A DNA stretch of 32,708 bases, taken from the NCBI RefSeq assembly GCF_001194135.2, contig NC_068991.1, positions 68,847,198 through 68,879,905 of the forward strand, in the 5' to 3' direction. Origin of the DNA: Octopus bimaculoides (taxonomy: Eukaryota). How positions within the stretch are numbered: the first letter of the stretch is position 1; every line of letters begins with the position of its first letter. Below the pieces are notes generated by a model. The model was not told where the DNA came from. It saw only the letters and a list, made by a program, of their open reading frames with translations, and searched no databases. Shown piece by piece: positions 10,762 to 22,160 of this stretch. A program made the translations under genes and the position numbers.

Positions 10762-11286
10762 TGGCCGACTCCTGGACTTCACCTGGACTTCTACCAATGT
10801 CACCTACTGCATCTCCTGCTCTCTCTGCCCTCCACTACATCATACACCACCATACCACACAACACCACATCACATCACATCAAACCACCACGCACACACT
10901 AGTACTGACCACTTCCCAGCCCCACTTCCACACACCTACACATACACACAAGCACACGTCAAGGTAACCAGCCCTCTTCCACATGTACATACATACTCTC
11001 TTATAGACACGCACGCGCACCTTTGTTTTGGGATCACCACTACTCTATTATCTCCCCTTCTTCCTAGCTCTCTTATTTGATCACTCTGTCCGGCATTCGC
11101 CGTGATGGATCGGTAGCCACTACGCATTCTTTAGTTTCTCTCCTTGCTTCTTTCTGTGTTCTTTCTGTGGAAGAGCGTAGGCTCGAAACGTTAAAGAATT
11201 TTTCACTTCCCGAGCGTTAAACGAATACATCTGTTTGTTGTCTACATCCCCTGTCTTCGTCTTTTGCTTTTTTTGTAAATTCTTCC
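10762..11286 (+). mobile_element. Internally deleted Penelope-like element: GIY-YIG N-terminal remnant plus pLTR-like region with hammerhead
   Basis: 10778-10840 translates FTWTSTNVTYCISCSLCPPLH (cf. FTCxSxNVIYCIxCxxC). It is followed by a C/A-rich linker and the hammerhead-bearing segment 11100-11286, which is homologous to 11950-12080 on the minus strand. Confidence 0.7.
11159..11198 (+). ncRNA. Minimal type-I hammerhead ribozyme-like motif, A6U core variant
   Basis: TTCTTT-CTGTGGA-A-GAGC(GTAG)GCTC-GAA-ACGT-T-AAAGAA: perfect 6-bp stem I, 4-bp stem II, palindromic stem III, GUU site. Within the conserved core only position 6 deviates from CUGANGA; there is also one extra A before stem II. 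Confidence 0.7.
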
Positions 11287-11461
11287 NNNNNNNNNNNNNN
11301 NNNNNNNNNNNNNNNNNNNNNNNNNNNNNNNNNNNNNNNNNNNNNNNNNNNNNNNNNNNNNNNNNNNNNNNNNNNNNNNNNNNNNNNNNNNNNNNNNNNN
11401 NNNNNNNNNNNNNNNNNNNNNNNNNNNNNNNNNNNNNNNNNNNNNNNNNNNNNNNNNNNNN

Positions 11462-11503
<42 letters not shown>

Positions 11504-11631
11504 CGTGAAGTCCAGCCAAAATGCACAAATAGATAAAGACGCACTGTATATAAATATATATGTATATAAATATATATACACACGTACACACATACACACA
11601 AACATGTACGTATATATGTATATATTATTTT

Positions 11632-11940
11632 ATTACTCATGCACCCCTTCAAAGCCTAGCCAGGTTCATGAGCCCGGTTTCCCGGTTTCTATGGCGTATG
11701 TGTTCCCCCCACAGCTGGACGGACATATGACGCCAGTCCATCGCAGCGTTACTCAAGAAACAGGAAGAAAGAGTCAGACCATGTTGGGGCGAAAGAGTAC
11801 AACAGGGGTCGCCACCACCCCCTGCCGGAGCCACGTGGTTCTTTAGATGTTTTCGCTCAATAAACACACACAACGCCCGGTCTGGGAATCGAAACTGCGA
11901 TCCTTCGACCGCGAGTCCGCTGCCTTAACCACTGGGCCAT
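11632..11940 (-). mobile_element. tRNA-Arg SINE with an alternative (V-domain-like) 3' module
   Basis: Same head and 5' body as 1272-1660 up to ttcctgtttct, then gcgatggactggcgtc...cgtccagctg...gaaaccggg...ggctaggcttt. Confidence 0.85.
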
Positions 11941-11949
11941 ATATATATA

Positions 11950-12190
11950 GTTCAAATTTACAGAAAACAAAAGACGAAAACAGATGTGTGTACATCAAGC
12001 AAGTGTATTAATTTAACGCTGGGGGAGAACAGAAAGTCTTTGACGTTTCGAATCTACACCCTTCGACAAAAATGACTGAAAGAGAAAAAAATGGAGCGAG
12101 AACGAAAAAAATGGAGAGCCAAAAAATGAGTAGGGACCAACGCTTCAACAGAGATGAAATGACCAGAAGTGACTGAGTCAAAATTATGTA
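11950..12190 (-). mobile_element. Second, more diverged copy of the hammerhead-bearing PLE-derived repeat
   Basis: Reverse complement of 11950-12080 aligns with 11160-11286 and ends in (TA)n. Confidence 0.7.
12036..12076 (-). ncRNA. Degenerate hammerhead-like motif
   Basis: Minus strand GTCATTT-TTGTCGA-A-GGGT(GTAG)ATTC-GAA-ACGT-C-AAAGAC: stem II held by two G-U pairs, GUC site, C3U and A6U changes. Confidence 0.5.
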
Positions 12191-13368
12191 TATATGTGTA
12201 TGCATGTGTGTGTGTTTGTCCATGTATGTACGTATGTATGATGTATGTATGTGTGTATGTATAGGGTGTTTGAAGTGATGTACAGTTATTGCATATTAAG
12301 AGAAACTAGGCATTGTTTCTCTTCATTTATATTTTCCAGGTACGTTAGCTAGGTACATTACCTCTGTGAGCTAATCATGTAGTGTTCATAATTTGTCCCA
12401 TGTGAAAAGGTATTCATGCATATTGTCTTTGCTTTTCTTTGAAACGTTTAGCTTTGGTGAGAATTTTGATAAAATGTAGTACTTGAATATTCAAGTTTGG
12501 CCATCTCCAATCATATGATGCTGCATGAAATCAATTAATATTGAAGCGAATGCATGCTTTCATTGTACTTTGGACTTCTTAAGATTAATTTTATATTTTA
12601 CAATTGTGATTCTACTTACTTAAGAATAGTTTTTTTCAATCCTCAAAATGTAATGTGTATATTTACAGCCATGTTAATATGAATATAATAAGAGAAAAAA
12701 CGGAGACGGAGAAAAAAGGAGACAGAGATGCTTTCAAAAACAATGACTGAATCAAGACTGACATATTGAATTAAAATTAAATCTCAACAGGTTGATCTCA
12801 TCGATACGATATAATTGAACAGAGACCTTTTTCTCTCTGTCTCTCTGTCTCTCTTTCCCTTTCAATTTTCTTTTTTTTTGTTTTCTTTCTCTTTCTTTTG
12901 TTGTCCTTCTTCCTGTCTTTCTCTCTTTTCACTCTTTCTCCAAACAACAGAATTGACATCTTCAAAGGTCATTTAGAATCAACCACGCGTTAGTCAAAGA
13001 CCATCCCAAAATACATGATTTCTTCTGCTTTCATTTCTCTACTATGTCTATTCTGTCTTCCTCTCTCTCTCTTCCTCTCTCTCTCTTCCTCTCCACCCTT
13101 CCTTCCCCTGTTCTCTTTCTCTTTTCCTAAACAAAACAAAACAACATCCTCTCTTCGATTTGTAGAAAAGGCTAAACAAATCTTCTGTGCAACATATCTG
13201 AAGTGTCCTATTCAACAGACGAAAGCGCTAATAAACAATTATCCAACATTCAGACCGCCTCCTTGTTCCTAAAATATATGTATAAACATACATATATATA
13301 TGTACATGTATGTATATATAAATATATATCCTTCCCTTTATATATACATAGATATATATATACATACA

Positions 13369-13421
<53 letters not shown>

Positions 13422-14119
13422 NNNNNNNNNNNNNNNNNNNNNNNNNNNNNNNNNNNNNNNNNNNNNNNNNNNNNNNNNNNNNNNNNNNNNNNNNNNNNNN
13501 NNNNNNNNNNNNNNNNNNNNNNNNNNNNNNNNNNNNNNNNNNNNNNNNNNNNNNNNNNNNNNNNNNNNNNNNNNNNNNNNNNNNNNNNNNNNNNNNNNNN
13601 NNNNNNNNNNNNNNNNNNNNNNNNNNNNNNNNNNNNNNNNNNNNNNNNNNNNNNNNNNNNNNNNNNNNNNNNNNNNNNNNNNNNNNNNNNNNNNNNNNNN
13701 NNNNNNNNNNNNNNNNNNNNNNNNNNNNNNNNNNNNNNNNNNNNNNNNNNNNNNNNNNNNNNNNNNNNNNNNNNNNNNNNNNNNNNNNNNNNNNNNNNNN
13801 NNNNNNNNNNNNNNNNNNNNNNNNNNNNNNNNNNNNNNNNNNNNNNNNNNNNNNNNNNNNNNNNNNNNNNNNNNNNNNNNNNNNNNNNNNNNNNNNNNNN
13901 NNNNNNNNNNNNNNNNNNNNNNNNNNNNNNNNNNNNNNNNNNNNNNNNNNNNNNNNNNNNNNNNNNNNNNNNNNNNNNNNNNNNNNNNNNNNNNNNNNNN
14001 NNNNNNNNNNNNNNNNNNNNNNNNNNNNNNNNNNNNNNNNNNNNNNNNNNNNNNNNNNNNNNNNNNNNNNNNNNNNNNNNNNNNNNNNNNNNNNNNNNNN
14101 NNNNNNNNNNNNNNNNNNN

Positions 14120-14429
14120 CCTCCTGAAGATATAGAGTCAAAATTAAAAGAAGAGTGCAATTTGCTATCTCGTGAACAATATTTCGACATCTTGCGTGTC
14201 TTCCACTGGTTCAAAAAATAAATTTGTCAATCTACTTCATTTTCGTTTATATAGAAATTCTTTTAATTTTGACTCTATATCTTCAGGAGGAGTTACCTCA
14301 ATCCTTTCTATATAAACGAAAATGAAGTAGATTGACAAATTTATTTTTTGAACCAGTGGAAGACACGCAAGATGTCGAAATATTGTTCACAAGATAGCAA
14401 ATGGCACTCTTCTTTTAATTTTGACTCTA
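14120..14429. repeat. Nested inverted duplication A-B-A'-spacer-B'-A'(partial); 125-bp arms with 2 mismatches
   Basis: A 14120-14152 is the exact reverse complement of 14258-14290. B 14153-14257 is the reverse complement of 14305-14409 with 2 mismatches. 14410-14429 repeats the first 20 nt of A'. Confidence 0.95.
14349..14389 (+). ncRNA. Hammerhead-like motif (mirror copy on the minus strand at 14173-14213)
   Basis: TGAAC-CAGTGGA-A-GACA(CGCAAGA)TGTC-GAA-ATAT-T-GTTCA. Stem I and III sequences match the motif at 10513; the core has U4A and A6U changes. Confidence 0.5.
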
Positions 14430-15293
14430 ATATTATTAATATTATTATTATTATTATGTCAAAATATCTGAACGAGAAAAATTCAGTAACAGTACTCTAG
14501 AGTAAAGATCATTTGCCCGCATAATGTCGTAGTCCTGGTTATACATACACACACATGCAAACACATGCTCACACACGTACGCGCGCGCGCGCACACGCAC
14601 ACACGCACATACACACATGTATACACATATATACGTATGTACATATACACGCATAAGAATATAAAACTTTTATACATGTATGATAAACAGCTGGTGATTT
14701 AGCTTATCTTTTCAATCAAGTTTAATTTTTTTTTTTACATATTCTCGTGTGAGGTTCTCGCGTTGTTTTTGCGTACACTACAACTTTTTATAAGATAGCA
14801 AACTATAAACGTTAATCAGCAACATGTATATTAAAAACAAATATTTGATCTAGCAATAGGACAACACTGAAATAATGCAACAAAATTTAATACAACATTT
14901 AGTAAAAATATAAAACATATACGCAAACTGTATTCCATGATAACTGTATATTACATGAAAGGATTATCAAAACCCTCATAGAATATATCAAAATATACTT
15001 TTGTCTATGTCATTAATGAAAACTAATAATTTACTATATATCACTAAAGTGAAATCTTTGTTATCACTAAAAACGCTAGAAAGATTGGTATTTAAACGCT
15101 TGAACAAATTATTATTCATTAAAGTGAACGGAAAAAATTTATTAGAAATGTAAAAGTTGCAAGCTTCATGAAATTCATGGCGGGAAGTGACGTGTCTGTA
15201 TTGGCTATGGAGAAATGCCATTTTCCTCTTGGATCAGTGTGAACGTAGAGCAAAGTGTCTTCTGTTGTACACTTGATCCAACCAAAGCCCTGC

Positions 15294-15334
<41 letters not shown>

Positions 15335-15335
15335 C

Positions 15336-15372
<37 letters not shown>

Positions 15373-15420
15373 AAAATTAACTTGGAGAAGTCGAAACAAT
15401 GATATCTTGAACGGGGATCA

Positions 15421-15870
15421 GTTTCATTAAAAGAAATAACTTAGTCAACTTAGCGATTGGGTAAAAGATCACCAGGATTAAGAAATATAAAATGAGTACA
15501 GGGAATGATTCTATCGAATGATATTCTTCGAATTGGTGTCCCAGCATGGGAGCAAAATAAGTGAAATAGCACAATAATATTATACAGAATTTCCCATACT
15601 TTGATGAGTTCATACATATATGTCTGCGCGCGTGTCTGAAGCCAATTCGGGCCGGATGATATGTTGCAGAATATCCTTGAATACACACAACGACAATCTA
15701 CATTAGAAACATGCAAAATAAACATCCATAAATGATGGTCAAACATTAATGGTCATGCTTACGCCAATCACATTTGCACCTGGCTACGATAAGCTGGGTG
15801 GAATGCACAGTGAAAGCACTTCATGCAGAAGATGAGACTATATGGATTTAATAACACTGATGATATATAT
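15421..15870 (+). mobile_element. Highly decayed non-LTR retrotransposon RT remnant
   Basis: Frame from 15421 reads VSLKEIT*ST*RLGKRSPGLRNI (cf. ITxxEIxxAIxxLxxxKSPGxDGI), NDILRIGVPAW, FGPDDMLQNI (cf. YRPIxLL), HAYANHI...*AG, then YMDL in a shifted frame. Similarity is weak. Confidence 0.4.
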
Positions 15871-16592
15871 TTAAAAGACTACACTGTTTCAAAACAACTT
15901 TAAGCTTTTCCTTAAAATAGTATAAGAAAAAAGACATCAATATGATTACAAATAAACCTTATTGACAATCCCGAATTGATCGTTCTAGCAGTGCAATTGT
16001 ATCATAATTTTGCAGCTTTTTTACTTCATTATTATCAAATTAAATGTTTGAACAATGACTTGGTTATTTCTTTTAATGTAATTTATCCCATTCAAGAGTT
16101 TGTTGTTTGAATTTCTCCAAGTCATTTTTTTGTTTATTCTTCCTTTGAAGAATGTAACGTGTATATTTATCTGCTATTTTTTAGCTCTTTTGATAAACGA
16201 GTTAGATTAATACTCGTTATCATTTCTTTCACACTGCAAAAATTTTACTAGACTTTCTTTGTCATTTTGCCCCATTTTCGCTTTTTAATTCTGAACAATT
16301 TTAAGTTCGTACTTCTTTCATAGTTTCAAGTTAAGGCTGGTAGAACTATCAGAAGTGCTTTTGAGTCCCTGGAAGTTGTTATTAATGTCTTTGTTCCCTA
16401 GGAAACCAAATTCAATTTATTTGAAATCTTCTTTGCCTGTACCGTAGAAAGGAATTTCATTCGTTTCAGTAAGTGAGATCACTAACTTCACTGAGATATA
16501 CGATGTACAATTCTGCAATGTGATATTAACTTCATCAGATCTGTGAAGTGCAATTAATTTGAGAGTATAAATATATGATTTACATCCATATA

Positions 16593-16925
16593 CGGTCAAG
16601 TCAATTCGTCTACGGTTATTTGTCCCCAGTCAGTTCGTCATTGGTCAATTCGTCCCCAGTTCAATTCCTCGAGATCATAAGAGAAATAGAAGAACGAATA
16701 TGTAAATAAAAAAAAAATAAACGTTTATTTTAAGGTTTTCTGTATTACATATTTTTTTTTTTTTAAATTTAAGAGTGTGTGCAATTGCTAGTGGAAAAAT
16801 AATTTTTGGGTTTGGATCATATTTTTCCATGACATTTTTTATACACAGGTTCATATCTCTGTATTTTTCTTTTGGCATGGTTCTTCTCCTTGCATAAACT
16901 TCTGCAGTTTGGTTCTCAAATAAGC
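16593..16925 (-). mobile_element. 3' end of a MULE (Mutator-like) DNA transposon: transposase C-terminus plus terminus with ~15-nt subrepeats
   Basis: Minus frame reads FENQTAEVYARRRTMPKEKYRDMNLCIKNVMEKYDPNPKIIFPLAIAHTLKF, resembling the KYxxxNxxIxxxxxxY...YLxxIAHxL end of animal MULE transposases (from memory). Four GTCARTTCGTC-like subrepeats lie at 16600-16670. Confidence 0.55.
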
Positions 16926-17039
16926 AAATAAATAAATGAATAAGAATAAATGAGTGAAAAAAATACTAAGCTCTTACAGCTGTTTCTACTATGGCGTTGC
17001 GAGGTTTTACAAATCATCCCAGTAATATTCATTCATTTT

Positions 17040-17220
17040 ACCCTCTCTTTACTCTTTAACTTGTTTCAGTCATTGGACTGCGGCTATGCCCGAGGACCGC
17101 TTTAGTCAAGCAAGTCGACCCCAAGATTTATTTTTTGTAAGCCTAGTGCATATTCTATCGGTCCCTTTTACCGAACCACTAAGTTACGGGGACGTAAATA
17201 CACCAGCATCGGTTGTCAAG

Positions 17221-17222
<2 letters not shown>
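17040..17222 (-). mobile_element. 3' half of an abundant SINE, truncated at (TA)n
   Basis: Reverse complement cgcttgacaaccgatgctgg...tacgtccccgtaacttag.ggttcgg is homologous to 25890-25955 on the plus strand; AAAGAG-type tail. Confidence 0.75.
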
Positions 17223-17293
<71 letters not shown>

Positions 17294-18755
17294 CACACAC
17301 ATATATATATATATATGGGGTACGTGCAGGCGTGTGTGTGTGTGTGCATACGCATTGGAAAACGGGTGAAAAGAGGGTGGAAAGATATAATAAATAGAGA
17401 GGGTAGAAAAATGAAGACGTAGAGAAATAATCATTAAATCATGTATACATAAATCACTTACATGTATATACATACTTACATACTAATAACTCTACACATT
17501 GCTATAAGTATACATACGTGCATAGATGAATATTTCTCTTAAAATAACTACAGCTGGTGATGAAAGAATGCGCATAATATCGACATATTTACTACGGTAT
17601 GAAAAACAAAAGAACGGTTTCTTATCATATCTAGATACCATTCTTAATTAATTTGTATATTTGTAATTTAGTTTAATAAAAAAAAATTCCTTTTAATACG
17701 ATCGAAAAATGTATTGTAGTCACGTATTGGGTTTACTGGTGAGTGGTATCCTGCATCTTTAACCTTCATCGAACTAGTTACGTGAGTATATACATACATA
17801 CATACATACATATATACATACATATATATATATACATATATGTGCATCATTACGTACACATAAACTCATGTATATATATATGTATATAAAGATGTACATA
17901 TANNNNNNNNNNNNNNNNNNNNNNNNNNNNNNNNNNNNNNNNNNNNNNNNNNNNNNNNNNNNNNNNNNNNNNNNNNNNNNNNNNNNNNNNNNNNNNNNNN
18001 NNNNNNNNNNNNNNNNNNNNNNNNNNNNNNNNNNNNNNNNNNNNNNNNNNNNNNNNNNNNNNNNNNNNNNNNNNNNNNNNNNNNNNNNNNNNNNNNNNNN
18101 NNNNNNNNNNNNNNNNNNNNNNNNNNNNNNNNNNNNNNNNNNNNNNNNNNNNNNNNNNNNNNNNNNNNNNNNNNNNNNNNNNNNNNNNNNNNNNNNNNNN
18201 NNNNNNNNNNNNNNNNNNNNNNNNNNNNNNNNNNNNNNNNNNNNNNNNNNNNNNNNNNNNNNNNNNNNNNNNNNNNNNNNNNNNNNNNNNNNNNNNNNNN
18301 NNNNNNNNNNNNNNNNNNNNNNNNNNNNNNNNNNNNNNNNNNNNNNNNNNNNNNNNNNNNNNNNNNNNNNNNNNNNNNNNNNNNNNNNNNNNNNNNNNNN
18401 NNNNNNNNNNNNNNNNNNNNNNNNNNNNNNNNNNNNNNNNNNNNNNNNNNNNNNNNNNNNNNNNNNNNNNNNNNNNNNNNNNNNNNNNNNNNNNNNNNNN
18501 NNNNNNNNNNNNNNNNNNNNNNNNNNNNNNNNNNNNNNNNNNNNNNNNNNNNNNNNNNNNNNNNNNNNNNNNNNNNNNNNNNNNNNNNNNNNNNNNNNNN
18601 NNNNNNNNNNNNNNNNNNNNNNNNNNNNNNNNNNNNNNNNNNNNNNNNNNNNNNNNNNNNNNNNNNNNNNNNNNNNNNNNNNNNNNNTATATATATATAT
18701 AACATATATAATATATATAAGTATATATATATTTAGATACATGTATATAATCAAC

Positions 18756-18795
<40 letters not shown>

Positions 18796-19509
18796 TTTAC
18801 ACCCATGCATAAACCTAGATATATGTTTGTGAATTTATGTATAATACCTGTACTTAAATAAACCTATGTAAATATATTCTATTCAAAATCTCCATGAAAT
18901 ATATATTTATCAGAAACAATGTTTGTCTTCTAAGTTTCGTGTTGGATTGATATGTTTATTATTATTCTTGCTGTTACTTTATTATTGCATCTGTTTTTCT
19001 TTTTGACATTGCATCTGTTGTTGCTGTTGTTTTGTATTGACTTTCTTAAACTAGTATTGTCTTCTTATTGTATTTTGGTTCGTTGAAATTTTCGTCTTTA
19101 TTTACCTAGAATATTCTTAGATTCCTTAAGCGTTGTTATCTATTGTTCAAATTTAAGATTATCCATGCCTGTTTAAGACATATTTCATTTCCTAAATCCT
19201 ATTTGTATGCAATTATCACATACACACGCACACACACACACGCACGCACACACACATACATACACATATACACACATGTTGTAGCCGTTATCTCTTTAGA
19301 AATTATATTTTCAACAACATTTCAAAATTTGTTTAGCTTATGCCTTATCATTAGTTTTAATATCTCAGTAAGAGCTGATATCACCAGATTTTCTCGTCAC
19401 GATAATAATTCTAATTCAATTAGTTATGCAAATGCATGATAGTGCTAATATATGCATATCTAAGAATTTGCATACATACATACATACATACGTACATACA
19501 TACATACAT

Positions 19510-19543
<34 letters not shown>

Positions 19544-20029
19544 ACACATATATACACACACACAAATATATATATATATATATAGGGTATATATGTTAAT
19601 ATGTACGCATGGATATATATGTACATATATACATATATATCCATGCGTACATATATACATACTCATATATATATATATATATATATATACATACATACAA
19701 ATACCCACAAATTCACATCCATAGATGCATGCGTCGTAAAATATGCGTTAATGAATACGTAGAAACATAAGTAAATATGTGTGTGTGAATCTGTATGCGC
19801 GTCTATTACCAAATGCATACCGGAGTAAATAAGCCAATGATTTCCAGGTAACATACATTTTCATCCATAAGTACGTATATAGAAATACCTGTAGAAGTGA
19901 TAAGGTTGACATGGCTAGAAGCACACACACATTTACATAGAGCTAGCTAGCGAGCTACCTACCTACCTACCTACGTACCCATTTACCAACCTATGAACCT
20001 ACTTTCTGGTTATCTATCTATCTATCTAT

Positions 20030-20123
20030 CAAATAAACACACACAGCGCCCGGTCTGGGAATCGAAACCGCGATCCTCCGACCGTGAGTCCGCTGCTCTA
20101 ACCACTGGGCCATTGCGCCTCCA
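20030..20123 (-). mobile_element. tRNA-related head of the tRNA-Arg SINE, truncated at (TCTA)n
   Basis: Near-identical to the reverse complement of 1272-1365. Confidence 0.9.
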
Positions 20124-20459
20124 CTATTTCCTAGTACCAATTGTAAATCTTTTGTATTCAGGAATATTATTTTTGTTATAACTAAGAAATATTTATTCCT
20201 AAACCTATCAAAAAAAGTTTGTATCCGAAAAGTTACCATTTTTTCGGTATTTCTCGAGAGTTTCCGTTAGTTTTGAAAACTATTAAATCGACGATTTGTG
20301 CAAATGCTACTAAAGTTTGCACACTTACTCGTGTATAATGTTATATCCATACCTTTGTTAAAAGCCTAGAGAAAGGCATGTGTATAAAAAAGATATCTAA
20401 AACTTACATATATTTTAACGTGATGCATGTTTGCCAGCTGTTCCTTCGATTCAGCAGCA

Positions 20460-20513
20460 TACGCAGACACACGCACACGCACACACGCACACGCACACAC
20501 ACACATGCACATG

Positions 20514-20548
<35 letters not shown>

Positions 20549-20687
20549 GGAAACACACACGTGGGTGTGTGCGTACACAAACACAAGTACATGCGACCAT
20601 ACATGCCAGAAAAGTTATAGATATAGGCGTGTTTCTATGCAAGTATATCTGTCTATCTGTCTGTCTGTCTGTCTGTCTGTCTGTATG

Positions 20688-20764
<77 letters not shown>

Positions 20765-20839
20765 ATGTGTGTGCATATATAAATATATATATATGTACAT
20801 ATATATACACATACATGCATATATATATATATACATACA

Positions 20840-20870
<31 letters not shown>

Positions 20871-21038
20871 GTGTATGTGTGCATATATACATATACAGTT
20901 AAGCAGTAATATACAAATTTTATATACATACGTTAATATGACCAAGTATGCGCACACATGTACACAGTACGTGATCCATCCTCTTATCCATGCATCCACA
21001 AATACGTAAATTACGTACCGTATACATTTCTATATACA

Positions 21039-21080
<42 letters not shown>
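20460..21080. repeat. Compound (CA)n/(TCTG)n/(TA)n/(TG)n microsatellites
   Basis: Seen directly. Confidence 0.95.
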
Positions 21081-21081
<1 letters not shown>

Positions 21082-21319
21082 CGCGTATGTGTGAACCTTG
21101 AATGGCTAACTAGTTAATGTGACGAAGGCAAAGGTGTACACAAATTGATAGACCGACGTGACGCTCCAACTTTGCAAGGCAAATATATGCATAAAGAACA
21201 AAAGCGGCGTAGATTGATGAAAATCCCCGATAAAGGGACAAAAGGGAAAAAGGAACAGCCCCAGCCATTCAACCATTATGAACAAAGTGACGAATGCAAA
21301 AGGATGTGCGAAAAAAAAT

Positions 21320-21350
21320 TAATAATAATAATAACAATGATAATAATAAC

Positions 21351-21418
<68 letters not shown>

Positions 21419-21666
21419 TGATGATGGTAATGATGATGATGATGATGATGAGGATGCTGATGATGATGACAACAACAACAACAAGAAGATCAACAATATC
21501 AATATCAACAATGATAGCTATATTGGTATCAAAATAATAATAATGATCATTATAATATGAAAGATGATAATGCTCCGTTTAATGGTGATGATGATAATGG
21601 TGAACATGATTATAATGATTATTATTATGATGATGACGATGATGATGATGTTGATGATGATGAGGA

Positions 21667-21697
<31 letters not shown>

Positions 21698-21753
21698 GAT
21701 GATGATGATCATGATGATGACGATAACGACGATGATGATTATGACGATGACGT

Positions 21754-21799
<46 letters not shown>

Positions 21800-22160
21800 A
21801 GATTGCGAAAATGATGACGATGAGAATGACGTCGCTTTTAATGGCGATGATGATGATGAGGAGGAGGAGGAGGAGGAGGAAGGGGAGAAGGAAGAGGAGA
21901 AGGAAGAAGAGGAGGAGGAGGAGGAAGAGGAGGAGGAGCAGGAAGAGGAGGAGGAGGAGCAGAAAGAGGAGGGGGAGGAACAGGAAGAGGAGGTGGAGGA
22001 GCAGAACTATGATGATGGCGATGATGATGATGATAATGATGACGATGGTGATGATGGTGAATTGACAGTGATGTTGTTGGTGATTACGACGGTGGTGATG
22101 ATGAACTCAATGACGACGATGATGATGATGAAGACGACGATGATGATAGTGATGATGACG
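21320..22160. repeat. Compound trinucleotide tract (AAT)n-(GAT)n-(GAG/GAA)n-(GAT)n
   Basis: Seen directly. Confidence 0.95.

Noticed and set aside
16000-16590. A-rich minus-strand stretch that looks like decayed coding sequence
   Set aside because: No convincing motif series could be read, so it is left unassigned.
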